A stretch of DNA of 64,000 bases from a virus. Positions 7,920 to 16,965 of this stretch are shown here, piece by piece (position 1 is the first letter of the stretch; every line of letters begins with the position of its first letter). The position numbers and the translations under genes were made by a program. Under the pieces are notes generated by a model. That model ran no database searches, was not told the DNA's origin, and saw only the letters and a program-made list of their open reading frames with translations. Location: the IMG/VR virus record IMGVR_UViG_3300013006_000023, positions 32,001-96,000 of that record. One strand, 5' to 3'.

Positions 7920-10505
7920 ATGTACAGAGGTGTGGCCTATTTACCGCGCGATCAGCTGATGCGCTTATACACATGGGATGAAAGCGGCAACAGAATAGCG
8001 CTTGACACCACTTTTGAGCCATACATTTTTCTCGAGACAAATAATCGTCCGGATTGCACAAGTATTTTCAATACCAACCTCAAAAAGAAACGCTTCAAAA
8101 ACCAAGCAGATCGTGCGAGGTATTTAAGAGATAATAAAATAACTCGCGTATTTGAAAATCTTAATATTCAGCAACAGTTCCTAATTGATAGCTTTCACGA
8201 GAAAAATGAGCATGCAGATTTTAATAAAAACCCTCTCAAGGTGTATTTCATTGACATTGAGACATACAGTCCAGATGTGTTTCCAAAGCCTGAGGACCCT
8301 CAGCATCCCATCAATGTTATAACTATATATGATACGCTCAAGAAGAAATTTGTTACATGGGGGCTCAAACAGTATAATAAAAAAGCTGAAAACCAAACAT
8401 ACATATATTGCAAAACTGAGAAAGATCTGCTGACATATTTTTTAAATTTCTTCAAATCCGATTACCCCGATATTCTATCTGGCTGGAATAGTGAATTCTT
8501 CGACATACCCTACATTGTCAATAGAATCGCAAGAATACTTGGTGAAGATGAATCCAAGCAACTATCACCAGTTGGATACATAAGACCAATCGCCTTTACC
8601 GGTAAATTCGGTAGAGAGCAAGTGCGCTGGCACATTGAAGGCATATCATGTGTCGATTATCTTGACATTTACAAACGCTTTTGCCCTGTATTGAGAGAAT
8701 CATACAAGCTGGATTCAATTACTGAGACCGAGCTGGATGAGAAAAAAGTTGATTATGGTGATACAAATCTCGCAAGTCTTGCAGATGATAATTGGGAGTT
8801 ATTCGTTGATTATAACATCCAGGACGTCAATCTGCTTGTTAGCTTGGAGAATAAACTGCAATACCTGGAATTATTAAGAATGATAGCTTATGCAGGCTTG
8901 ACCACATTTGAAGGTGCACTAGGCTCACTCTCTGTCATTACAGGGTTATGCGCTATTAAAGCTCGTGCTCGTAATCAAAGAATACCTACCTTTAATAAAA
9001 ACAATACCAGCACTGAGCAGAACGCAGGAGCATATGTCAGTGACCCGCAGAAAGGATTTCAAGAATACATAGTTTCGTTTGATGCCAACAGTCTATATCC
9101 AAACGTGATGATCACATTGAATCTTTCACCTGAAACTAAAATAGGTTCCATAATTGATAAGAATGATAAAGAAATAACTATTAAACATGTGAATGGCCAA
9201 ACGTTTGTTTTGTCACACAGTAACTTTGTAGATTTTGTTAAAAAAGAGGAAATAGCCATCTCCAAAGCAAAAATCTTATTCACACAAAAGGAAAAGGGCA
9301 TCATACCTCTTACTGTAGATCATTATTATAAAAAGCGGGTTGAAATCAAGAGAAGGCTGAATGCTCTTAAAAAGAAAATTCATCTCATTGAAATGAATAC
9401 ACCTGAGTACAGGGAAGCAAAGCGCGAGATCGACAACCTCAACATCACACAGCACACTATAAAGATTTTAATCAATACAATATATGGTTACTTTGGTAAT
9501 AAACATAGCCCACTGGGCGACGACGAGTTAGCAGAGTCAATTACTTTAACTGGACAAGCCGTCATCAAAGAATCAAATAGACTGCTTGAGGAATACATAA
9601 AAAACAAAGCCAATCTCACTGATGAGGTCATTACTACTAGCTCCCCCATCATATACAATGATACCGACAGTTCATATATTTCAATAAAACATATTGTTGA
9701 AAAGACTGGTCTTAAGATGCTTGATAAAAAAGGCAAAATTACGCCTGAATATTATAAGCAAGTTCAAGAAATAGAAGATTATTTAAACGTTAATATTGTG
9801 AATTGGGGCAAGCAAGCTCTTGGATCCAAAGATTGTCGGTTTGTTTTCAAAAGAGAAGCCATAGCAGACAGTGGTCTTTTTCTTCAAAAAAAGCGATATG
9901 TTATTCACATTTTGGATGAAGAAGGTATACCTTGTGATAAATTCAAATACACAGGCGTTGAGGTTGTCCGGACCACAATGCCAGCCCCAATCAAGCCCTA
10001 TGTGAAGAAAATTATTGAGACCATGCTTATTTCTCGCGACCTAACACAGACAAATAAACTGTTTAATGAAACCTATGACATCTTTAAAAATCTTCCTATA
10101 GAAGATATAGCTTTTGTAATGGGTATCAAGGGATACGAAAAATATGCTGCACAATGTGAAGGATTCAAGACAGCAAAACATATGCCTATACATGTCAAAG
10201 CAGCTTATTATTACAATGTGTTACTGGATAGATTCACTACAGGTAAAAAATATGAAAAGATTTCTTCTGGTGACAAAGTTAGATACTTCTATACACGGCA
10301 ACCAAATAAATTTGGTATCTCTGTTGCAGGTTACAAATACACATATCCTAAGGAATTCTCAGACTCATTCGAAATAGACCATGAATTAATGTTTGAAAAG
10401 ATCATCTACTCAGTTATAGAGAGATTTTATGAAGCTGTCAATTGGAAGCTACAAAAACCAGGAACACAGGTTCAAACAGATTTGTTTGATCTGTTAAAAA
10501 TATAG
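7920..10505 (+). CDS. gp43: Family B DNA polymerase gp43
   Basis: Exo DIET, GWNSEFFDIPY, YNIQDV; pol SFDANSLYP, KILINTIYG, YNDTDS, KKRY. Confidence 0.97.
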   Translation: MYRGVAYLPRDQLMRLYTWDESGNRIALDTTFEPYIFLETNNRPDCTSIFNTNLKKKRFKNQADRARYLRDNKITRVFENLNIQQQFLIDSFHEKNEHADFNKNPLKVYFIDIETYSPDVFPKPEDPQHPINVITIYDTLKKKFVTWGLKQYNKKAENQTYIYCKTEKDLLTYFLNFFKSDYPDILSGWNSEFFDIPYIVNRIARILGEDESKQLSPVGYIRPIAFTGKFGREQVRWHIEGISCVDYLDIYKRFCPVLRESYKLDSITETELDEKKVDYGDTNLASLADDNWELFVDYNIQDVNLLVSLENKLQYLELLRMIAYAGLTTFEGALGSLSVITGLCAIKARARNQRIPTFNKNNTSTEQNAGAYVSDPQKGFQEYIVSFDANSLYPNVMITLNLSPETKIGSIIDKNDKEITIKHVNGQTFVLSHSNFVDFVKKEEIAISKAKILFTQKEKGIIPLTVDHYYKKRVEIKRRLNALKKKIHLIEMNTPEYREAKREIDNLNITQHTIKILINTIYGYFGNKHSPLGDDELAESITLTGQAVIKESNRLLEEYIKNKANLTDEVITTSSPIIYNDTDSSYISIKHIVEKTGLKMLDKKGKITPEYYKQVQEIEDYLNVNIVNWGKQALGSKDCRFVFKREAIADSGLFLQKKRYVIHILDEEGIPCDKFKYTGVEVVRTTMPAPIKPYVKKIIETMLISRDLTQTNKLFNETYDIFKNLPIEDIAFVMGIKGYEKYAAQCEGFKTAKHMPIHVKAAYYYNVLLDRFTTGKKYEKISSGDKVRYFYTRQPNKFGISVAGYKYTYPKEFSDSFEIDHELMFEKIIYSVIERFYEAVNWKLQKPGTQVQTDLFDLLKI

Positions 10506-10539
10506 TGGATTTTTTTTTCTTTATACATAATATAAGTAT

Positions 10540-10911
10540 ATGAGCGAAACAAAAAACTTAATCACATTTATTGACCACATTGGCAGAACAATCTTAGCTG
10601 AAGAGGTTTCTCTTGACAAGAACCATTTAACAGTTAAAAATCCTGCCATCATCCATGTACAACCAACACAGCAAGGACAGCTTAATGTTCAGACTATTCC
10701 TCTTTATTTCCGTGAATTTCTAGGACCAAATTCACAGAAAGAAGGAACTTCCTGGAAGTTTAATGTGGCAAACATTGTGCAGGGTGTTGATATTGACAAT
10801 GATCCGAGATTGGTTGAACAATATCATCGCTTATTTAGCGCCACTCCAAATATTACTATTCCTGAACCCAGAGATCCCAAGGAAAAAGTAATTAAGTTGT
10901 TTGACGAGTAA
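10540..10911 (+). CDS. Hypothetical protein (beta-rich, possibly Sm/SH3-like)
   Basis: 123-aa ORF between gp43 and uvsX; upstream TGGATT-N16-TAATAT-N6-ATG. Confidence 0.7.
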   Translation: MSETKNLITFIDHIGRTILAEEVSLDKNHLTVKNPAIIHVQPTQQGQLNVQTIPLYFREFLGPNSQKEGTSWKFNVANIVQGVDIDNDPRLVEQYHRLFSATPNITIPEPRDPKEKVIKLFDE

Positions 10912-10919
10912 TATTTTAC

Positions 10920-10947
10920 TTGTATTCAAAGGCATTCCATATATACT
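10920..10947 (+). promoter_or_regulatory. Sigma70-like early promoter for uvsX
   Basis: TTGTAT-N16-TATACT, 6 nt before ATG 10954. Confidence 0.6.
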
Positions 10948-10953
10948 AGATCT

Positions 10954-12069
10954 ATGAATAAAGATCTCAAACAAGTATTTGCTTCTCTAGATAAGCTCAA
11001 CAGTGAAGCTTCCATGTTAAATGAAAATGCACTTAGTAAAGTGGATGAATGGTTTGATACAGGTTGCTATGCTCTCAACGCCATTCTAGGTGGCAGCTGC
11101 CGTAGTGGTGGTGTACCTAAAGGTAGAATCATAGGATTCTCAGGACCTAGCCAAACTGGCAAAACATTCATTGTTAACAAGATATTGGCCAGTGCACAAA
11201 AGAAAGGGTTAACCCCTGTTATTTTTGATACTGAAATAGCCATCGATGAAAACAGTACCAAAGGCGTCGGACTGGATGCTGAAAATACAAAATATGTTCC
11301 TGTGGATACTATTGATCAATGCAGAAATCAAATTGCTGCATTCCTGGATAGCGTCATTGAAAACAATGCAAAAGGTAAGTTTATTATCAGCATTGATAGC
11401 TTGGGTAACCTTGCTTCTCAGAAAGAACTGGATGATATTGTCAAAGACAAATCGGCTACAGATATGGGTCTTCGTGCCAAATCTCTCAAGAGTTTGTTTC
11501 GCACCCTCACATTCAAAGCTGCAAAAGCTGGTGTGACCATTTTGTTTACAAACCATACGTATGAAGATCCAGGCTCCATGTACCCGACACTGGTCAAGAG
11601 TCAAGCAGGCGGCTCTGGCCCTGTTTATATGTCCAGTATTTTGGTGCAATTAGCCAAGCGCAATGAAAAAGAAGGTGAAGGAGATTCAATGGATGCAGAC
11701 GATAAAAAGATTGCTGAAGCTAACAAATACTCAGGAACAACTCTTCGAGCTCTAACTGTAAAAAATCGATTCATTCCTCCATTCCTTGAAGCAGAGATGT
11801 ATCTTTCCTTCAAGACAGGTTTAAACAAATACAGTGGTCTACTTGCCATGGCAGCTGCACGTGGCATTGTTGAGCAAGCTGGCGCCACATATTCTGTGGG
11901 CATCACATCAGGCAAGTACAAGAAGGGTGATAAGCTTGGTTATGCCAAGACTTTTGCCAAAGATCCTTTATTTTACGAAGAATTTATTATACCTGAATTA
12001 GACAAACGTCTTGTATTAGATTACCAGTATAACTCTAATGAAGCGCAAGCAGAAGAGCCCATCCAGTAA
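10954..12069 (+). CDS. uvsX: UvsX RecA-like recombinase
   Basis: DTGCYALN, GPSQTGKT, FDTE, IDSLGNL, TNHTY, KNRFIPPF. Confidence 0.95.
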   Translation: MNKDLKQVFASLDKLNSEASMLNENALSKVDEWFDTGCYALNAILGGSCRSGGVPKGRIIGFSGPSQTGKTFIVNKILASAQKKGLTPVIFDTEIAIDENSTKGVGLDAENTKYVPVDTIDQCRNQIAAFLDSVIENNAKGKFIISIDSLGNLASQKELDDIVKDKSATDMGLRAKSLKSLFRTLTFKAAKAGVTILFTNHTYEDPGSMYPTLVKSQAGGSGPVYMSSILVQLAKRNEKEGEGDSMDADDKKIAEANKYSGTTLRALTVKNRFIPPFLEAEMYLSFKTGLNKYSGLLAMAAARGIVEQAGATYSVGITSGKYKKGDKLGYAKTFAKDPLFYEEFIIPELDKRLVLDYQYNSNEAQAEEPIQ

Positions 12070-12784
12070 AGTCGTAGTGCCCGTCAGTGGTGGCATGGAT
12101 AGCAGTGTTCTGTTGCATTTTGCTGCTAGCAAGTATGACAAAGTAATTGCAGTTAATTATGACTACGGTCAAAAACACCGTGATAAGGAACTCAATTGTG
12201 CATCATTTCAAATTGAATCGGTTGACACACCGATTGATAGTCTACATTTAAAATTACCGTTTTTTAAAGATATATGTCAAGTTTCTTCACTCCTTAATAA
12301 TAAAGTTGCTGTTGCCAAGGCTAAAGATGTAATGGGTGATCCACAGACTGTAAACTATGTTCCATACAGAAACTTAATGTTACTTAGCATTTCATTGGCC
12401 ATTGCAGAAAATTATCAGGCCAGCACTGTTTTTCATGGTGCGGCTCAAGCCGATAGTGTAGCGGGGTTTTGGGATGGCAGTGAAGAATTTTTGGAGCAAA
12501 TTAATAATGTATCGGCTTTGAATCGTAGAAATAAAATTACAGTTGCAGCACCATTGATTGACAAATCAAAGCAAGAAATCATAAAGCTCGGTATGAAGCT
12601 TGGTGTCGATTTTAGTCAGACTTGGACCTGTTACGAGGGTGAAGAGCAAGCCTGTGGTGAATGTACTGCATGCTCATTGCGCATCAAGGGCTTCATGGAT
12701 GCTGGGTACATAGACCCTGTTTCATATAAAATCTCATTACCCTGGAACAAATACAACTGCAAACCTATCAGTCGCTGTAACTAA
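12038..12784 (+). CDS. queC: QueC-family PP-loop ATP pyrophosphatase (7-cyano-7-deazaguanine synthase-like, divergent)
   Basis: SGGMDS, YGQKH, YVPYRN, TWTCY...CGECTACSLR zinc site; canonical GYPDC replaced by GFWDG. Confidence 0.88.
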   Translation: MKRKQKSPSSKVVVPVSGGMDSSVLLHFAASKYDKVIAVNYDYGQKHRDKELNCASFQIESVDTPIDSLHLKLPFFKDICQVSSLLNNKVAVAKAKDVMGDPQTVNYVPYRNLMLLSISLAIAENYQASTVFHGAAQADSVAGFWDGSEEFLEQINNVSALNRRNKITVAAPLIDKSKQEIIKLGMKLGVDFSQTWTCYEGEEQACGECTACSLRIKGFMDAGYIDPVSYKISLPWNKYNCKPISRCN

Positions 12785-13676
12785 AATTACCCCTATCAAC
12801 TGGCGCCTGTCTTAATCCAAACTCTTGCTTGGCTGCTGTATATACATCATCGCCCTCTGGATATTCATCTACTGTTGGAGCTTCACCTGTACCCTCCCCT
12901 TCGCTTTGTTTGGTTTCACTTGCCGGCATGTAGCTATTCTTATATTTCAATGAATCAATGAAGTCTCTTATAAATTCTTTATCTTTGGACTTGGTTACAT
13001 CATAAGCACGTGTTGTAGCTTCAATAACCTCATTCTCAAGTTCAGGTGATTCATAAATATCTCCTTTGTCAATCTTGATTTCATCAGGCAGTTCAACAAA
13101 AATTGGCATAAATTCTCTAATAAACTTTGTTGCCATATTCTTAACATAAGTGTTGGATGTTGCAACTGCATCCAAAGGCGAACCTGCTGGATGTTCTGTG
13201 CCAGTAATCGGCTTATTAATCATTCCTGCATCAACAGCTTGTTTTACTTTTACCATTGTTGTGTTAACACCGCCTTCCACATCAACCCTTACAACATTTA
13301 ACAAATTATCGATCACCCGCGCTGTATATTTTGCATCTGTGCCACCCAACTTTAACTCTGTTTTGATTAAATTTTCTAAATCTGCGCGAAACTTCATCTT
13401 GCTACCAGGATAGAAAAGCTGATACTCTTTACCATCAATAATGTTTGAACCGGGCTTAAAGAGCTTTGATTTGATGGCAGTCAACAAGCTATTGGCAATG
13501 TCGGTCTTTGTCTTGCCTTCTCTGGCTGCAGCTTTGCCGACACCATAACCACCACCTGGTGTTTTCTCAATGTCACCGGTGTATCCCATATCACCCATGC
13601 CATAGATCGGAGCTTCAGAAAGCACTTTCTTTCTTTTCAAATATGCTTCAAATATAAGACTGCAATCACTATTCAT
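12768..13676 (-). CDS. Hypothetical late protein, probable internal head protein
   Basis: 302 aa; TAAATA 7 nt upstream; N-terminus LIFEAY...VLSEA; overlaps the queC 3' end. Confidence 0.75.
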   Translation of the reverse strand: MNSDCSLIFEAYLKRKKVLSEAPIYGMGDMGYTGDIEKTPGGGYGVGKAAAREGKTKTDIANSLLTAIKSKLFKPGSNIIDGKEYQLFYPGSKMKFRADLENLIKTELKLGGTDAKYTARVIDNLLNVVRVDVEGGVNTTMVKVKQAVDAGMINKPITGTEHPAGSPLDAVATSNTYVKNMATKFIREFMPIFVELPDEIKIDKGDIYESPELENEVIEATTRAYDVTKSKDKEFIRDFIDSLKYKNSYMPASETKQSEGEGTGEAPTVDEYPEGDDVYTAAKQEFGLRQAPVDRGNFSYSD

Positions 13677-13677
13677 C

Positions 13678-13705
13678 TTGAATTATTTAATCTTATACAT
13701 ATAAT
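13678..13705 (+). promoter_or_regulatory. Sigma70-like promoter for the amidotransferase; its spacer contains a minus-strand late TAAATA (13684-13689)
   Basis: TTGAAT-N16-TATAAT. Confidence 0.6.
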
Positions 13706-13707
13706 AA

Positions 13708-13716
13708 TAAGGAGGT
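13708..13716 (+). promoter_or_regulatory. Strong Shine-Dalgarno TAAGGAGGT
   Basis: 9-nt perfect anti-SD match, 9 nt before ATT 13726. Confidence 0.75.
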
Positions 13717-13725
13717 ATAAAATAT

Positions 13726-14406
13726 ATTTGTGGAATATTTGGAGCCAAAGAGTTTACAGAATACGTTAAACTCTATAATTTGAACAAGAACAGGGGCACC
13801 TTTTCTTATGGTGGGCTATTGATTGATAACAAGATGCATGCCATTATTAAGAGCGCTGGAAAAATGCAGCTTAGTAAGAAGCTTGATATTGAATATGGAA
13901 AGACAAGAAAACCCATAAATACTTTCAAATATTACCTTGGCCACACACAAGCACCAACATCCTCAGAGAGAAACTACACACCTAGGACGTCACATCCTTT
14001 CTCTTTCAAAGATTGGCATGTAGCTCACAACGGTGTGCTCACCAATTACAAGCAGCTTCGTGAACTACTACCCAAGAAATCCTATAATGCAGTTGATACA
14101 TCCGTTATACCGCCTCTTCTTGACCAAGCATACAAACAAACAAAAGACGAGATTACTGCTATCCGTCATGTGCTAGGCTCACTACAAGGCACATTTGGCC
14201 TATGGATTTATAATCATAAGACACACCACATATACATAGCGCGATCTGGTAGCACCATATATGCAGATTTCCTTACAAATAGTTTTTCTTCAATAAAACA
14301 AGATAATTTTCATGAACTTGAAGAGGGATTAATTTATCTCATAACACCAGAAGGTATAACATCTGTGGGTAAATTCATACCAAATTCACCTTTCTTCACT
14401 AAATGA
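13726..14406 (+). CDS. Class II (Ntn) glutamine amidotransferase with ATT start (ORF track truncates it at 13780)
   Basis: ATT TGT GGA ATA TTT GGA = (M)CGIFG; then NKNRG, LGHTQAPT, SHPF, AHNGVLTN, LQGTFG, YIARS. Confidence 0.85.
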   Translation: MCGIFGAKEFTEYVKLYNLNKNRGTFSYGGLLIDNKMHAIIKSAGKMQLSKKLDIEYGKTRKPINTFKYYLGHTQAPTSSERNYTPRTSHPFSFKDWHVAHNGVLTNYKQLRELLPKKSYNAVDTSVIPPLLDQAYKQTKDEITAIRHVLGSLQGTFGLWIYNHKTHHIYIARSGSTIYADFLTNSFSSIKQDNFHELEEGLIYLITPEGITSVGKFIPNSPFFTK

Positions 14407-15077
14407 AAACTGCTTTTTATTTCTGTACCCGAAATACGCATGCTAAATCAACACTGGCATTCAAATCTTTATTGCAAATAAATCAAAAATTAAATTTTGA
14501 TATATTTTACAAATCAAACAACAAGGATGGCTTGTCAGTTAATTATAATTCCTTTCTTAAAGAAAAATCTGCTCAATATGATAACATTGTCTTCATGCAT
14601 GATGATGTGTATGTAGACGATTTCAATATAATAGATAAACTTAAAAAAGCGCACGACAGTTTTGACATTGTTGGATTAGCAGGTGGGATAAACATGAAAA
14701 TACAGAATCCTGCACTGTGGCATCTCATGTGCGGCGGCTTTCAAAGCAACAACCTACGAGGTGCAGTTGCTCATTTTGTTTCTGAAAACATTATTAATAT
14801 GACAAGCTTTGGCATAACACCATCACGAGTTGCTGTATTGGACGGCTTGTTCTTAAGCGTCAATTGCAAGGCAATAAATACCGCAGAATTTACTTTTAAT
14901 GAAAATTACACCTTTCATCATTATGACATTTCAAGCTGTATAGATGCCAATCAAAAGAAATTAAAATTGGGTGTGTATCCCATATGGGTTATTCACAAAT
15001 CACCGGGGCTTTTAGACCCTAATAGTGCTCTGTATCTAGACAGCGAGCGCAAATTTCTCCAAGAATACCTTGATTGA
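14403..15077 (+). CDS. GT2-like (GT-A) glycosyltransferase
   Basis: VFMHDDVYV, IVGLAG, VAVLDGLFL, FHHYDISSC, VIHKSPG; ATGA-coupled to the amidotransferase. Confidence 0.8.
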   Translation: MKTAFYFCTRNTHAKSTLAFKSLLQINQKLNFDIFYKSNNKDGLSVNYNSFLKEKSAQYDNIVFMHDDVYVDDFNIIDKLKKAHDSFDIVGLAGGINMKIQNPALWHLMCGGFQSNNLRGAVAHFVSENIINMTSFGITPSRVAVLDGLFLSVNCKAINTAEFTFNENYTFHHYDISSCIDANQKKLKLGVYPIWVIHKSPGLLDPNSALYLDSERKFLQEYLD

Positions 15078-15101
15078 AAATTCGTTTATTGATATTATAA
15101 T
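15074..15101 (+). promoter_or_regulatory. Sigma70-like early promoter for helicase
   Basis: TTGAAA-N16-TATAAT, 6 nt before ATG 15108. Confidence 0.65.
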
Positions 15102-15107
15102 ACAGTT

Positions 15108-16430
15108 ATGGCTCAGTTAGATTTAGACTTTTTTGAGACTATCATAGCATACAAATGTCTTACAGATGAAATATATCTGGCTTCTGTTATTGACCATCTA
15201 AATCCTATCTTCTTTAAGAACAAAGACACCAAAGCTATTTTTGAGCTAATAAAAGGGTTTTATACCAAAAATAGTGCTTGCCCCACTATAACTGAAATAA
15301 AGGCCTACCTGACAACTGACGAGTTAAAGACGTCTTTAAAAAATGTGGTATCACTATTCACCGGCATAGACAAAAATTTTAATAACGATGAGCTAACTAC
15401 AAATACAGAGAAATTTTTGAAAGAAAAAGCCGTCTACCATACAATGATGAGTGTAGTGGATGACATATCTAAAAACGATGTTGATACATCAAAAATATTA
15501 GAAAAATTCGATAAAGCTTGTAATATTACACTCACTACTCAAATAGGTTTAGATTTATTCACCGACATTGATATGGTAATAAATGACCTCAACTCCACAG
15601 AGAAATACATTCCCTCCAAATGGAAATGGCTTGATGATAAGATCGGTGGCGGGTTTCTAGAGAATGGCAGGTCGCTCTATCTTTTTGCTGGCGAGACCAA
15701 CATCGGCAAGTCTATATTCTTAGGCAATGTAGCAGTCAACATTGCACAACAGGGCAAAACAGTTCTTCTTGTGTCTCTTGAAATGCCTGAACTCATATAT
15801 GCAAAAAGATTATGCAGCAGTGTTTCAAAAATACCGCTAGGTCAGCTCAAGGCTGAATGTGTAACACTCAAGAATCAAATTAGTGAATATTGTCTCGAAA
15901 ACCCGCAATCAAAAATTCTTATCAAAGAGTTTCCGCCAGCAACCATAACTGCACATCAACTCAAATCGTTTATTCAAAAAATAATTCAAAAAGGTATTAA
16001 CATTGATGCCATAGTACTAGATTATGTCAATCTTCTTAAACCAGCTTTTGGTGATTCAAGCTATGAGCGTATTAAGAACTGTACAGAACATCTTCGTGCT
16101 CTGTCATATCATTTTAATTGTCCAGTCATCTCTGCAACACAACTCAATAGAGAAGGGTATGAAATTACTGATCCTGGTCTCAAGACAATATCTGAAAGTA
16201 TAGGCTTAGCCATGACAGGTGATGTTATTCTGAGTATTTGGCAAGAAGATACAGATAAAGAATTAGGCGTTATCAAAATGGGCTTCATGAAAAACCGGTT
16301 CGGTCCAAACTTCGGACATTGTTCTATGAGAATTGATTACTCGACCTTAACAATTACAGAAGATGAGCATGCTAATGATACTGAGGGCAGTTCTAGTACA
16401 ATTTCTACTCTTTCCAAGCTATCGTTATAA
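15108..16430 (+). CDS. gp41: gp41 DnaB-like replicative helicase
   Basis: AGETNIGKS, SLEM, IKEFP, LDYVNLL, SATQLNR, ISESIG, MKNRFG. Confidence 0.95.
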   Translation: MAQLDLDFFETIIAYKCLTDEIYLASVIDHLNPIFFKNKDTKAIFELIKGFYTKNSACPTITEIKAYLTTDELKTSLKNVVSLFTGIDKNFNNDELTTNTEKFLKEKAVYHTMMSVVDDISKNDVDTSKILEKFDKACNITLTTQIGLDLFTDIDMVINDLNSTEKYIPSKWKWLDDKIGGGFLENGRSLYLFAGETNIGKSIFLGNVAVNIAQQGKTVLLVSLEMPELIYAKRLCSSVSKIPLGQLKAECVTLKNQISEYCLENPQSKILIKEFPPATITAHQLKSFIQKIIQKGINIDAIVLDYVNLLKPAFGDSSYERIKNCTEHLRALSYHFNCPVISATQLNREGYEITDPGLKTISESIGLAMTGDVILSIWQEDTDKELGVIKMGFMKNRFGPNFGHCSMRIDYSTLTITEDEHANDTEGSSSTISTLSKLSL

Positions 16431-16471
16431 ACTGTTGATTTGCATTAAATAGTATATAATTAACAGTAACT

Positions 16472-16759
16472 GTGAATGGACTTAACCCCACTGAAAATTT
16501 GAGCTCGTATGAGTACACACATCTCTTTCTTTCCTTTTGTAGTTTTGTTACATTATTACATACTAAGAAATTAAACATGGCTAACGTCTTTATTATGCTA
16601 TTGCAACGCGAGGATTTGAGAGATCTATTTAAAAAGTATTGCGACCTACAGAACAATTTTTCTGCAGTCACTTTTTTTCTTCAATTTGAGCCTGGACTTT
16701 ATAAAAGTAAGTATATAATGAAGTATCTAAACAGTCATACCAACAATCTACCATTATGA
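16472..16759 (+). CDS. Hypothetical protein
   Basis: 95-aa GTG-start ORF, ATGA-coupled to bS21. Confidence 0.6.
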   Translation: MNGLNPTENLSSYEYTHLFLSFCSFVTLLHTKKLNMANVFIMLLQREDLRDLFKKYCDLQNNFSAVTFFLQFEPGLYKSKYIMKYLNSHTNNLPL

Positions 16760-16965
16760 ACCAACCAAATATAAATGCAGCAGTTATCTTAGATCCAAAA
16801 AAATGCACAGAGAAAATGTATTTTGATAAAATGTACACCAAGTTCAGCAGGCAAGTAATTACAAGCGGTGTTCTGGATGACCTTAGGTTAAGAAGACGGT
16901 TCTTAACACCATCCCAAAGAAAAAAACTCAAAGTTCAGCTTGCCAACAAGAGAAGATTTGCTTGA
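16756..16965 (+). CDS. rpsU: Phage-encoded 30S ribosomal protein bS21 homologue
   Basis: 69 aa, basic; FDKMYTKFSRQVITSGVLDDLRLRRRFLTPSQRKKLK matches the bS21 pattern F.R.V..SG(I/V)L.E/D.R.R..F.KPS..R. Confidence 0.8.
   Translation: MNQPNINAAVILDPKKCTEKMYFDKMYTKFSRQVITSGVLDDLRLRRRFLTPSQRKKLKVQLANKRRFA

Noticed and set aside
13780-14406. TTG start given by the ORF track for the amidotransferase
   Set aside because: Would delete the essential N-terminal CGIFG; SD and promoter point to ATT 13726
12038-14406. QatABCD or type IV CBASS defence system
   Set aside because: No KAP ATPase, TatD, cyclase or TGT-like gene nearby; context is the phage replisome
16472-16759. gp33 late co-activator, suggested by its position near gp59/gp32
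   Set aside because: No recognisable sequence similarity; synteny alone is insufficient
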